Below, in pieces: positions 39,697 to 52,021 of a stretch of 64,000 nt of DNA (position 1 is the first letter of the stretch; each line of letters begins with the position of its first letter). The translations under genes and the position numbers were made by a program. Source of the stretch: Bacteroidales bacterium (lineage in GTDB: Bacteria; Bacteroidota; Bacteroidia; Bacteroidales; F082); assembly GCA_016291135.1 (NCBI GenBank), contig JAEFAE010000003.1:84516-148515 (forward strand). The letters are read 5' to 3'. Below the pieces are notes generated by a model. It saw only the letters and a list, made by a program, of their open reading frames with translations, had not been told where the DNA came from and did no database searches.

Positions 39697-41340
39697 ATGA
39701 AGAACGACGATATCAAAAACCGGGTGGTGGAGCTGAGAAACAAGGTGTTCTCACTCTGGGCAAGTGAAGGAAAATGGGAAAGCGACAATCCCAATACGCC
39801 TTTATACGGAATGGATAAAGACCCGCTGGTGTCGATGATGATTACAGCCCTGGCCTATCAAGAGGATCAGATCGAACAGGACCTGGCACGGTTCCGTTCC
39901 GGCATGGTGGGCGAGTTGGAAGAGGCCATGCTGCCTTACCATCTGCTTAAAGCCAATCCGTCCGTGGCCATGATGGCCACCGCCAAAGCGCCAGGCAATC
40001 CCGCTCGCTGCCTGGTGGGAAGCGACACGGTGTTCGCCGTGCTGAAAGAGACCTTTCAAGGGCGCGACAAAATCAACTACTGCCCCTTGTTTGAGTCGAA
40101 CATCATTGGTGCCAAGGTAGTGTCTGTCAAGCCCCTGCTTCAAGGGCAATGGAAACTGACACTGGAAGTGGAGGATGAGAAGACGGTACTCGGCGGCGTG
40201 GGGCTCTTCTTTAAAGACCTGGCGTTCGACGAGGTGACCATGCAGCTCGGAGACAAAGAGGTTCCGTTGATCAACCCGTGGGAATACGACCGTTTCCCGA
40301 TGAATCCTGATTTCTCGTTTTGGAACCTGATCTACAACCGTTCATTGACCTTCGGGACCAATGAGCAATGGTTCGATCTTTGGGCGGAGATGGATGTTCC
40401 GTACTACATGGTGGATCCTTATACGCCCATCGTGCTTGAACGCGGCATCGTGGAACTCACGCTTGATTTCGCGGGGTTGAAAGAGGATATGCTCAATGTC
40501 AATAATGTGGTGATCAACGCGTTCCCGGTAGTCAATGTCAACAAGAAACACTTTGCGTTAACACCTTCCGAACCCATTGTGAAGATTGCGGACGATAACG
40601 ATTTCTTCATGAATTTGGTTGGGGAATACGACACCATGGATGAAGCCGACAAGTTCATCCTTCGCCGTTTTGGTTGCGAACGTTTCGGGTTCAACGAGTT
40701 GCTTCGGCTGGCCGACGAGCTGCAACGTAGAAATAGCACCGACTTCTATGCGTATCAGACGATCCCTGCGTTACAAGATAGCGACCGGATCCGTAAGTTG
40801 CGGATTTTGCTGAAAGATATCATTGCCATCGTGAAGAAAGATGGAAACCCGAAAACGGGGGTTTATGCCCTGTTAAAGGAAGACGCCAAGGTGGAGGTCT
40901 CCATCCCGCTGACCGCCCTCTACACCGATGGCGCCAAGGGCAATGGCGTCGAAGCTGGTGCTTCGGTGGTGAACGTGCCGAGCGATTTCGATGCCGGCCA
41001 GACCCGCTTGTTGACGCGAACCACCGGTGGACGCGACGAGGTGGTGGACGAGGAAGAAAGGAAGATGCTCTCGCATTATTATGCCCTAACCAACGACCGG
41101 GTGGTGACTCGAGCCGACCTGAAGTCGTTTTGTATCAAGGAATTGTACAACTACGACATCGGCAACGTCAACCGCGTTGAAATCGCTAGCGACGAAGAAG
41201 GTACGCGTACGGTGGTTGTCTTTGTCTCGAACGTAAATCCAGATTTGAACCTGACCAACATCCAACAGCGAATTGAAAGGATGATCGAAGTGCACGGCGC
41301 CGGCCAAATGCAGGTCAAAGTGATGATTGTCAAACAATAG
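39697..41340 (+). CDS. tssF: Baseplate protein TssF, copy 2
   Basis: 547-aa ORF. KDPLVSMMITALAYQEDQIEQDLARFRSGMVGELEEAMLPYHLLKANPSVAMM follows the TssF N-terminal pattern. It is collinear with copy 1. Confidence 0.7.
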   Translation: MKNDDIKNRVVELRNKVFSLWASEGKWESDNPNTPLYGMDKDPLVSMMITALAYQEDQIEQDLARFRSGMVGELEEAMLPYHLLKANPSVAMMATAKAPGNPARCLVGSDTVFAVLKETFQGRDKINYCPLFESNIIGAKVVSVKPLLQGQWKLTLEVEDEKTVLGGVGLFFKDLAFDEVTMQLGDKEVPLINPWEYDRFPMNPDFSFWNLIYNRSLTFGTNEQWFDLWAEMDVPYYMVDPYTPIVLERGIVELTLDFAGLKEDMLNVNNVVINAFPVVNVNKKHFALTPSEPIVKIADDNDFFMNLVGEYDTMDEADKFILRRFGCERFGFNELLRLADELQRRNSTDFYAYQTIPALQDSDRIRKLRILLKDIIAIVKKDGNPKTGVYALLKEDAKVEVSIPLTALYTDGAKGNGVEAGASVVNVPSDFDAGQTRLLTRTTGGRDEVVDEEERKMLSHYYALTNDRVVTRADLKSFCIKELYNYDIGNVNRVEIASDEEGTRTVVVFVSNVNPDLNLTNIQQRIERMIEVHGAGQMQVKVMIVKQ

Positions 41341-41365
41341 CAGTCATATTTGGCGCTTTTTTACC

Positions 41366-42202
41366 ATGAGAAAACTGATTATCGATGCGGGATCCACCAA
41401 AACGGAGTGGATCCTTTTGGATGGCGGACGGGTGGTGGACCGGTTCACCTTGGGCGGCTATAACCCGAATTACAACGAGCCGGACGTACTCTTGGACCTG
41501 CTATATCAAGATCTCAAGAATTTCCCTGCCGTTGACGCGGTCTATTACTATGGTTCGGGTTGTGGAACAACGGACAATCAGGAAGCCACTGCCCAGTTTC
41601 TGCGTGTCCGGTTTGAGGAGGCTGTGGTGGTTGAGGTGACCCACGACCTGATGGCGGTGTGCCATGCCGTGTTAGGTCATGATAAAGGCATTGCCTGTAT
41701 CCTGGGTACGGGGGCCAACTCCTGCCTGTACGATGGCAAGGACGTGGTGGACCGAGCGGTCTCGTTGGGCTATCTGGTGGGCGACGAGGGGAGTGGCTGC
41801 TATCTTGGAAGGCAGGTGGCCAAGGCCTATTTCTACGATTGGATGCCTCTTGAACTAAAGCTTTCATTCGAGCAATGTTATCATCTGGAACTCAAAGAGT
41901 TTATTGATAACGTATATCACCAACAAGGGGCCTCGAAATACCTGGCGGGTTTCGCCAAGTTTGCCGGCGATCACCAGCAGCATCCCTTCATCAAGAACTT
42001 GGTGAAGGACGGTTTCCGGGAGTTTATCCGGGTGTTTGTGTTGCGGTATCCCGAAGCGCGTTTGCTGCCCGTCAGCTTTGTGGGATCGGTGGCGTATTAT
42101 TTTCAGGAATTGTTGCAGGAATGTCTAGAGGCCGAAGGCCTCACCCTGGGAAAGGTCCGTCAGACCCCATCCGAAGGTTTAATCCGTTTCCATCAATCCT
42201 GA
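41366..42202 (+). CDS. BadF/BadG/BcrA/BcrD-type ATPase (N-acetylglucosamine kinase-like, ASKHA fold)
   Basis: 278 aa from the ATG at 41366; the track start 41327 overlaps tssF. ASKHA motifs are present: IIDAGSTKTEW, ACILGTGANS and VGDEGSGCYLG. Confidence 0.7.
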   Translation: MRKLIIDAGSTKTEWILLDGGRVVDRFTLGGYNPNYNEPDVLLDLLYQDLKNFPAVDAVYYYGSGCGTTDNQEATAQFLRVRFEEAVVVEVTHDLMAVCHAVLGHDKGIACILGTGANSCLYDGKDVVDRAVSLGYLVGDEGSGCYLGRQVAKAYFYDWMPLELKLSFEQCYHLELKEFIDNVYHQQGASKYLAGFAKFAGDHQQHPFIKNLVKDGFREFIRVFVLRYPEARLLPVSFVGSVAYYFQELLQECLEAEGLTLGKVRQTPSEGLIRFHQS

Positions 42203-42212
42203 CGGTTGATAT

Positions 42213-42283
42213 GGGTTTTCAACAACCCCGGAGGGGTTGAAGGTGGGTGGCTACCGATGGAGACCCCCTATGGGGTTCCAACC
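42213..42283. repeat. REP-like element, diverged inverted copy D
   Basis: The reverse complement reads GGTTGGAACCCCATAGGGGGTCTCCATCGGTAGCCACCCACCTTCAACCCCTCCGGGGTTGTTGAAAACCC. It aligns to copy A (AACCCCGTAGGGG..C.GTCGGTAACCAC...GGGGTTG..AAAACCC) with an insertion of about 16 nt. It lies between convergent genes and overlaps the last codons and stop of miaA. Confidence 0.55.
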
Positions 42284-43149
42284 AACTCCGAAGGGGAAAC
42301 CCATTGATAGGACGGATCCTTCCGAAGCCAGGTCATCTGCCGTTTGGCATAGTGACGCGTGTTCAATTTGATTTGTTCAACGGCTTCGCCGAGGGTGCAT
42401 TTTTCATCGAAATAATCGAACAATTCCTTGTAGCCCACCGTGTTGAGGGCATTCAGGTGCCGGTGGGGGTAGAGTCCGCGGGCTTCGTCCACCAGCCCTT
42501 GGGCCAACATGCGTTCCACCCGTTGGTTGATGCGGTTGTTGAGCTCCTGGCGATCCCACAGCAAGGCGTATTTCACGATGTCGAAATCCCGCTTGGCAGT
42601 CGTCCGGGTACGGAATGTCGTGTAAGGCTGCCCCGTCTGTAGACAGACCTCCAGGGCCCGCAGCAGGCGTCGGGGGTTCTTGCGGTCCACGATGGCGTAG
42701 TATTCGGGGTCCAACCGTTGCACGGCTTCCTGTAAGGCAGCCAATCCTCCTTCCTGGAACAAGTCGTTCACCTGTTTGCGGAGGGCGGGGTCGATGTCGG
42801 GCATGGCATCGATACCGTTGCACACCGCATCGATGAACAGGCCGGAGCCTCCGGTTAGCACCACGGTGTCATGATCTAAGAAAAGCTTGTCCAACAAGAG
42901 GAGGGCTTCCCGTTCGTAGGTGCCTGCATCATAATGGTCGAAAATGCTGATATGCTGAACAAAATGATGCTTTACTTGAAGTAATTCTTTAGGTGTCGGT
43001 GCCGCGGTTCCGATCGACATCTCGCGGTAGAACTGCCGGCTGTCGGCGTTGAGGATCTCCGTGTGATGCCGCTTGGCAACTTGGATGGCCGCCTCGGTCT
43101 TGCCCGAGGCGGTGGGCCCGGCGATGACGATCAGGGTGCGGCCGTTCAT
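42268..43149 (-). CDS. miaA: tRNA dimethylallyltransferase
   Basis: 293-aa ORF starting MNGRTLIVIAGPTASGKTEAAIQVAKRHHTEILNADSRQFYREMSIGTAAPT. The P-loop and SRQ.YR motif are characteristic of MiaA. Confidence 0.9.
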   Translation of the reverse strand: MNGRTLIVIAGPTASGKTEAAIQVAKRHHTEILNADSRQFYREMSIGTAAPTPKELLQVKHHFVQHISIFDHYDAGTYEREALLLLDKLFLDHDTVVLTGGSGLFIDAVCNGIDAMPDIDPALRKQVNDLFQEGGLAALQEAVQRLDPEYYAIVDRKNPRRLLRALEVCLQTGQPYTTFRTRTTAKRDFDIVKYALLWDRQELNNRINQRVERMLAQGLVDEARGLYPHRHLNALNTVGYKELFDYFDEKCTLGEAVEQIKLNTRHYAKRQMTWLRKDPSYQWVSPSELVGTP

Positions 43150-44629
43150 GGGGTGTCGAGCTTTTTGGGGACGGGACCGTTGTTGGAGACGACGACGGGC
43201 GCCTCCAGTTCCTTCACGACGTGAAGGCCCTGTTCGGCGCCGACCTGCTTCATGTAGGCATAGGCTTCCTCAAAGTCGTTTCCGATGATGCCGTCCAACA
43301 CCGCTTCGCGGATGGCGTTCTTGATGATGCCCACCTCGCGTCCGGCAGGGATGCCGAAGGTCTCCATGATGGCCGTGCCGTCGATGGGGGGCTGCCAGTT
43401 GCGCAAGTGGTCTTTGGCTTCGATCTCCTTGAGCTTCTCCTGCACGATCTCGAAGTTGTGGTGGTATTTCTTGATCTTCTCCTCGTTTTTCGAGGTGATG
43501 TCGGCATGACAGAGCAGCATCAGGTCGTCGATGTCGTCGCCCGCGTCGAACAGCAGGCGTCGTACGGCGGAGTCGGTGACGATGTCCTCGGCGAGGACGA
43601 TGGGGCGGAGGTGGAGCAGCACGAGCTTCTCCACATATTTCATCTTCTCGTTGAGCGGCAACTTGAGCTGGGCGAAGATCTTGGGGACCATCTTGGACCC
43701 CTTGAACTCATGGCCGTGGAAGGTCCATCCGGTGCCGTCCTCCCAGCGCTTGGTCTGCGGCTTGGCGATGTCGTGCAGTAGGGCGGCCCAGCGCAGCCAG
43801 AGGTTGTCGCTCTTCTCGGCCACCTGGTCGAGCACCTGCATGGTATGGAAGAAGTTGTCTTTGTGACCCTTGCCATGGATCACCTCGACGCCCTTGAGCA
43901 GGCAAAGCTGGGGCAGGATGTACTTCAGCAGTCCCGATTCGTCGAGCAGCAGGAACCCGGTGGAGGGTCGGGAAGACATCATGATCTTGTTCAGTTCCTC
44001 GGTGATCCGTTCCATCGAGACGATCTTGATGCGTTCTGCGTTGCGGGTGATGGAATAGAACGAGTCGGGGTCGATGTAGAAATGCAGTTGCGTGGCGAAG
44101 CGGATGGCCCGCATCATGCGCAGGGGGTCGTCGGAATAGGTGATGTCGGGGTCGAGCGGGGTGCGGATGGTCAGGTCTTCGAGGTCGCTCATCCCGTCGA
44201 AAGGATCGAGGAAGGCCCCGAAGTCGTCTTCGTTGAGGCTGATGGCCATCGCATTGATGGTGAAGTCGCGCCGGTTCTGGTCGTCCTCCAGGGTGCCGTC
44301 TTCCACAAAGGGTTTGCGGCTGTTGCGGTCGTACGACTCGCGGCGGGCGCCCACAAACTCGATTTCGATTCCCTTGTAACGGATCATGGCCGTGCCGAAA
44401 GCGCCATAGTACTTCGCTTCCTTGTGCCCGGGCAGGTGAGAGGCCACCTTCTTGGCCAAGGCGATGCCGCTTCCGATGGTCACGATGTCGATGTCGTTCG
44501 ATTTCCGCCGAAGCAGGATGTCGCGCACATAGCCTCCGATGACATAGCCCCTTACGCCTAGTTCCTTGCAGGACTGGGAGATGAGGCGGAACAGTGGGTT
44601 GTCGATATGGGGCAGGAAATCGTATTCCA

Positions 44630-44630
<1 letters not shown>
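43146..44630 (-). CDS. Poly(A) polymerase / tRNA nucleotidyltransferase family protein with HD domain (CCA-adding enzyme-like)
   Basis: 494-aa ORF with the nucleotidyltransferase motif GYVIGGYVRDILLRRKSNDIDIVT. It also has RDFTINAM and an HD region (LLHDIAKP). Its 3' end overlaps the miaA start by 4 nt, and its start codon overlaps the clpC stop codon by 1 nt. Confidence 0.8.
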
Positions 44631-47212
<2,582 letters not shown>

Positions 47213-47261
47213 AATCCAATTTTAGTTGAAAAAAGGTAATGACTCTACTTAAAAACAAATG

Positions 47262-47269
47262 CAAAGTTA
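47262..47269 (-). promoter_or_regulatory. Candidate -7 box (TAACTTTG on the minus strand) for clpC
   Basis: Exact TAnnTTTG on the minus strand, about 50 nt upstream of the clpC ATG (47212). Confidence 0.4.
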
Positions 47270-47362
47270 ATAACAAAAATCGCTCCTCGCTCGTTTTTTG
47301 GGCCTTTTTGACAAAATTTCATGAAAAAAGACATTCTTCGTGGGTTGGAAAGGTTTTTTTTG

Positions 47363-47370
47363 TAACTTTG
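47363..47370 (+). promoter_or_regulatory. Candidate -7 box (TAACTTTG) for gyrA
   Basis: Exact TAnnTTTG, 65 nt upstream of the gyrA ATG and preceded by a T-run. Confidence 0.4.
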
Positions 47371-47434
47371 CGCCTGCTTTTAAAAAGGCCCTTAAATTTG
47401 AATATTGGAAATTGAATATTGAGAATCTATTGCG

Positions 47435-50035
47435 ATGGATGAAAAGAATTTGAACGAAGAGAATCTTCCAACCGAAAAGATAATCAGGGTAAACCTTGAG
47501 AACCAGATGAAATCGGCCTACATCGACTATTCGATGTCGGTCATCATCTCCCGCGCCTTGCCCGATGTGCGCGACGGACTGAAACCGGTGCACCGCCGTG
47601 TGCTGTACGGCATGCTGGGCATGGGCGTGACTTCCCACAGCGGCTACAAGAAATCGGCCAGAATCGTCGGTGAGGTGCTTGGTAAGTACCACCCGCACGG
47701 CGACTCCTCCGTGTACGACGCCATGGTGCGTATGGCCCAGCCGTGGTCGCTCCGCTATCCCTTGGTGGATGGCCAAGGCAACTTCGGCTCCGTCGACGGC
47801 GACAGCCCGGCAGCCATGCGTTATACCGAGGCCCGTCTGAAGAAAATAGGTGAGGAGATGCTCGACGACCTTGAAAAAGACACCGTCGATTTCCAGAACA
47901 ACTTCGACGACTCCCTGCAGGAGCCGACGGTGCTGCCCACCCAGATCCCTGCCTTGCTGGTCAACGGCTCCAACGGTATCGCCGTGGGTATGGCCACCAA
48001 CATGGCCCCGCACAACCTCAGCGAGTGCGTGGACGGCATCATTGCCTACATCGACAACCGCGACATCACCGTCCAGGAGCTGATGGAATACATCAAGGCC
48101 CCCGATTTCCCTACCGCCGGCGTCATCTATGGTTACGAAGGCGTCCGTGAGGCGTTTGAGACGGGTAGGGGACGTATCGTGGTGCGTGGCGAGGCCACCA
48201 TCGAGGAACACAACGGTCACGAGCGCATCATCGCCACCTCCATCCCGTATCAGGTCAACAAGGCCGACATGATCAAGAAGACCGCCGACCTGGTCAACGA
48301 CAAGAAGCTCGACGGCATCGCCGACATCCGCGACGAGTCCGACCGCAAGGGCATCCGCATCGTGTATGAACTCAAGCGCGACGCCAACGCCGAGATCGTC
48401 CTCAACAAGCTGTACCAGATGACCGCCCTCCAGAGCTCGTTCAACGTGAACAACGTGGCGTTGGTCAACGGCCGTCCTTACACGCTGAACCTGAAGGACC
48501 TCATCAAGCATTTCGTGGATCACCGCCATGAGGTGGTCATCCGCCGTACCCAGTTCGACCTGAAGAAAGCCGAGGAACGCGCCCACATCCTGGAGGGATT
48601 GGCTCGGGCCATCGACATCGTCGACGAGATCATCGCCACCATCCGTGCCTGTAAGGGCGGTACCCCCGAGGCCAAGCAGGCCATCATGGAGAAGTTCGGC
48701 TTTGACGATCCGCAGGCTTCCGCCATCGTGGCCTACCGTCTAGGTCAGTTGGCCGGACTCGAGATCAAGAAGATCATGGACGAATTGCACGACCTTGAGG
48801 AAAAGATCCGCCATTTCCACGAAGTTCTACAAAATGTGGAAATGCAGTTCCAGATCATCAAGGACGAATTGCTGAACATCAAGGAAAAATATGGCGATGA
48901 ACGCCGTACCAAGATCGTCCCTGCCGCCGGTGAGTTCCGCATCGAGGACATGATTGCCGACGACACCGTCGTGGTCACCATCTCGCACCTGGGCTATGTG
49001 AAGCGCACCCCGTTGCGCGAATACCGTCGCCAGAGTAGGGGAGGCAAGGGCTCCAAGGGCTCTTCGACCCGCGAGACCGACTTCATCGAGCACATCTTCA
49101 CCTGCACCAACCACAACTACCTGCTGTTCTTTACCGAACAAGGCAAGTGCTACTGGCTCCGTGCTTTCGAGATCCCCGAGGAAGGCAAGAACAGCAAGGG
49201 GAGGGCCATCCAGAACCTGCTGAACGTCGACAAGGATAACAAGGTGATCACCGTCTTGAATGTCAAGGACCTGAGGGATGAGGAATTCATCAACAACCAC
49301 TATGTGATCCTGTGCACCAAGAAGGGCATCATCAAGAAGACCTCGCTGGAGGCCTATTCCCGTCCGCGCAAGGCGGGTATCAACGCCATCAACATCCGCG
49401 AGGGAGATGAGCTGTTGACCGCCAACATGACCAGTGGCGAGGACGAAGTGCTGATGGCTCTGCGTTCCGGCAAGGCCGTGCGTTTCAACGAGAAGACCGT
49501 GCGCCCGATGGGTCGTACCGCCTCCGGCGTGAAGGGCATTACCTTGGCTTCGGAAAACGACGAGGTCATCGGCATGATCTGCCTCCACAGCCCCGAACAG
49601 ACGGTGCTCGTGGTTTCGGAGAAGGGCTTCGGCAAACGTAGTGGCATTGAAGACTACCGCGTCACCAACCGTGGCGGCAAGGGCGTCAAGACTTTGAATA
49701 TCACCGACAAGACCGGCGAGCTGATCGCCATCAAGGACGTGACCGACGAAGACGACCTGATCATCATCAACAAGTCGGGCATCCTGATCCGCATCGGTGC
49801 CGACACGCTCCGTGTGATGGGCCGTGCCACCCAGGGGGTCAAACTGATCGACCTCCGCGGCAACGACGAGATTGCCGCCGTCACCAAGGTGAAGCGTGAG
49901 GACGAAGACGAGGAGATCCAGTATGACGAGGAAGGCAATCCCATCGTCGTGGAACCGGTAGCAGGGGAAGCGATGGAGGAGGGGACCCAACCCGAGGCCA
50001 ACCCCGACAACCAGCCCGAACCCGACGCGGAATAA
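47435..50035 (+). CDS. gyrA: DNA gyrase subunit A
   Basis: 866-aa ORF with [49 protein letters not shown] (QRDR region) and the active-site AAMRYTE. It has C-terminal beta-pinwheel repeats and an acidic tail. Confidence 0.95.
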   Translation: MDEKNLNEENLPTEKIIRVNLENQMKSAYIDYSMSVIISRALPDVRDGLKPVHRRVLYGMLGMGVTSHSGYKKSARIVGEVLGKYHPHGDSSVYDAMVRMAQPWSLRYPLVDGQGNFGSVDGDSPAAMRYTEARLKKIGEEMLDDLEKDTVDFQNNFDDSLQEPTVLPTQIPALLVNGSNGIAVGMATNMAPHNLSECVDGIIAYIDNRDITVQELMEYIKAPDFPTAGVIYGYEGVREAFETGRGRIVVRGEATIEEHNGHERIIATSIPYQVNKADMIKKTADLVNDKKLDGIADIRDESDRKGIRIVYELKRDANAEIVLNKLYQMTALQSSFNVNNVALVNGRPYTLNLKDLIKHFVDHRHEVVIRRTQFDLKKAEERAHILEGLARAIDIVDEIIATIRACKGGTPEAKQAIMEKFGFDDPQASAIVAYRLGQLAGLEIKKIMDELHDLEEKIRHFHEVLQNVEMQFQIIKDELLNIKEKYGDERRTKIVPAAGEFRIEDMIADDTVVVTISHLGYVKRTPLREYRRQSRGGKGSKGSSTRETDFIEHIFTCTNHNYLLFFTEQGKCYWLRAFEIPEEGKNSKGRAIQNLLNVDKDNKVITVLNVKDLRDEEFINNHYVILCTKKGIIKKTSLEAYSRPRKAGINAINIREGDELLTANMTSGEDEVLMALRSGKAVRFNEKTVRPMGRTASGVKGITLASENDEVIGMICLHSPEQTVLVVSEKGFGKRSGIEDYRVTNRGGKGVKTLNITDKTGELIAIKDVTDEDDLIIINKSGILIRIGADTLRVMGRATQGVKLIDLRGNDEIAAVTKVKREDEDEEIQYDEEGNPIVVEPVAGEAMEEGTQPEANPDNQPEPDAE

Positions 50036-50113
50036 GTTTGGAACGGGATTTGATAAACAGTATGATATTTTGAACGTAAGAGAACAATTGTATCACCATA
50101 ACTCAGAAAGAAA

Positions 50114-51277
50114 ATGAAAAAGTTAATGATTTTGTTGGCTGTCATGCTCACTGCAAACGTGATGATGGCCCAAAAGACCGACCGTACGAACGCTTATATG
50201 TACAACAAGAACGGTCAGTATGAAAAGGCGGCTGAATCGATCGAGAAGTGCGTTCACCACGAATCGTTCCTCGGCATGAAGCCGAAAGACCAAGCCCAGG
50301 CTTGGCTTTATCGTGGCATGATCTACCTCAACATCCACCAGAACCCCGAACTGGCTGCCAAGTACCCGGATTGCCTCGAGAAGGCTTACGAAGCCCTTGA
50401 GAACTGCATCAAAGCCGATGCCGGCTATGCCAAAGACAATGCTCAGGATGTGTATCCCCGTATTGCTGCCATTGCAGTCAACTACTTCCAGGACGGTGTG
50501 AACCAATTCAACAATCAGTCCTATCCTGAAGCTGCCGTCAACTTCCGCAAGTCGTATGACATCTCCAAGAATGGTGCTGCTCCCGACACTTCAGCACTGA
50601 TCAACACGGCTTTGGCCTATCAGCGTGCCAAGATGTTCGACGAGGCCATCGTCAACTACAACGACCTGAAGACCTTGGGTTACAACCACGTGGATCTCTA
50701 CAAGAACCTGGCTGCCTGCTACCTGGGCAAGGACGACCAAAACAGCGCCGTTGGCGTGATCGAAGAAGGTATGGCCAAGTTCCCCGGTGATGCCGGCATG
50801 ATCATCGAGAAGGTGAACCTGTTCCTGAAGCAAGGCAAGGGTGATGAAGCCCTGAACGACCTCAACAAGCTTGCCGAGCTCGACCCGAACAACCCGTCGA
50901 TCTTGTTCATCCTCGGTACCATCTACGGTGACGATACCCACGACATCTACAATCCCGACAAAGCCATCGAGTATTACACCCAGGCCATCAATGTCAATCC
51001 TGAGTATTACGATGCCGTTTACAACCTCGGCGCCTTGTACATCACGATGTCCAACAAGCTGAAGGCCGAAGCCAACGAAATCACCGGTTTCTCCAAGGCT
51101 GAGATCGAACGTTACGACTCGCTGGTGAAGCAAGCCGAAGACCTGGTCCGCACCGGTCTGCCGTATGTGAAGCAGGCTTACGAAGCCCAGCCTTCCGACG
51201 ATATCAAGCACGTGCTGAAGACCATGTACGTCCAGCTGAAGATGATGGACGAGGCCAAGGCCTTGGATGCTGAGTAA
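50114..51277 (+). CDS. Secreted tetratricopeptide-repeat protein
   Basis: 387-aa ORF with a signal peptide (MKKLMILLAVMLTANVMMAQ). It contains repeated TPR-like A/Y/L patterns (e.g. AIEYYTQAINVNPEYYDAVYNLGALY). Confidence 0.6.
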   Translation: MKKLMILLAVMLTANVMMAQKTDRTNAYMYNKNGQYEKAAESIEKCVHHESFLGMKPKDQAQAWLYRGMIYLNIHQNPELAAKYPDCLEKAYEALENCIKADAGYAKDNAQDVYPRIAAIAVNYFQDGVNQFNNQSYPEAAVNFRKSYDISKNGAAPDTSALINTALAYQRAKMFDEAIVNYNDLKTLGYNHVDLYKNLAACYLGKDDQNSAVGVIEEGMAKFPGDAGMIIEKVNLFLKQGKGDEALNDLNKLAELDPNNPSILFILGTIYGDDTHDIYNPDKAIEYYTQAINVNPEYYDAVYNLGALYITMSNKLKAEANEITGFSKAEIERYDSLVKQAEDLVRTGLPYVKQAYEAQPSDDIKHVLKTMYVQLKMMDEAKALDAE

Positions 51278-51327
51278 GAAAACGCCTGAAGTCTGAAGTC
51301 GGTTGACCGAAGACAAAGGGAAGAAGA

Positions 51328-51364
51328 AGACCCCGGGGGAGCACCTCCGGGGTCTTTGCTTTTT
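51328..51364 (+). terminator. Rho-independent terminator after the TPR gene
   Basis: 9-bp stem AGACCCCGG / CCGGGGTCT with a 10-nt loop, followed by TTTGCTTTTT. Confidence 0.6.
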
Positions 51365-51483
51365 GAACGATGCTCAGTGGTTTTCCATGCTATTTAACAT
51401 AATATTGATTATATTTGAAAAGGGTTGCAAAAAAAAGTTCTGAAAAGAATGACACAAACCACCTATTTTAATGAAAGGTTGGG

Positions 51484-51491
51484 TATATTTG
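51484..51491 (+). promoter_or_regulatory. Candidate -7 box (TATATTTG) for the DUF3127 gene
   Basis: Exact TAnnTTTG, 58 nt upstream of the ATG at 51549. A second exact TATATTTG lies at 51410-51417. Confidence 0.4.
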
Positions 51492-51548
51492 CAACGGATT
51501 TGGATGAACCGTGCAAAGAACGAATTATCAACAATAAAAACCACTACT

Positions 51549-51950
51549 ATGGAAATTACTGGAAAAGTCGTAAGACTAGGCGGACTCACCGAAGGCACCA
51601 GTGCCCGCGGCCCGTGGCGCAAACAAGACTTAATTATTGAAACAGACGAACAGTTTCCCAAGACGGTTTGCCTGACCTGCTGGACGAATCAGATCGACGA
51701 GATCCAGAATATGGTTCCCGGTCAAATGATCAAGGCACAGATCGACATTTCTTCAAGGGAATTCAACGGGAAATGGTACACCGATGTGCGTGTGTGGCGT
51801 TTTGAGAATCCCAACGCGGCTCCTCAACCTGCTCCCACTTTTGGCGCAGCACCGCAACCGCAACCCATGCACCAGACGCCTCCCATGGCCACGTCGCCCC
51901 AGGAAACGTATTTTGACGACTCCAACAACGGCGACGATCTGCCGTTCTGA
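51549..51950 (+). CDS. DUF3127-family (OB-fold-like) protein with a Pro/Gln-rich acidic tail
   Basis: 133 aa from MEITGKVVRLGGLTEGTSARGPWRKQDLIIETDEQFPKTVCLTCW.... This pattern is typical of Bacteroidota DUF3127 proteins. The tail ends DDLPF, which resembles an SSB-type C-terminus. The track ORF start (51471) is over-extended. Confidence 0.65.
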   Translation: MEITGKVVRLGGLTEGTSARGPWRKQDLIIETDEQFPKTVCLTCWTNQIDEIQNMVPGQMIKAQIDISSREFNGKWYTDVRVWRFENPNAAPQPAPTFGAAPQPQPMHQTPPMATSPQETYFDDSNNGDDLPF

Positions 51951-52021
51951 TCCCTTCAATGATTTAACATAATGTAAGAATCCCGGGGTGTTTCACTCTG
52001 GGATTTTTGTTTTGGCGTGCT

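Noticed and set aside
296-41340. Alternative reading of the locus as an extracellular contractile injection system (Afp/PVC-like) or a prophage tail.
   Set aside because: ClpV, separate TssB and TssC sheath genes, Hcp-family tube genes, TssK-like genes and VgrG with PAAR-like tips are present. No tape-measure, tail-fibre, terminator-cap, capsid, portal or terminase genes are present.
1-42300. Whether the T6SS block is an integrative conjugative or mobile element.
   Set aside because: No integrase, transposase, relaxase, tRNA attachment site or flanking direct repeats are visible in the window. Only internal compositional mosaicism was noted, and it is reported separately.
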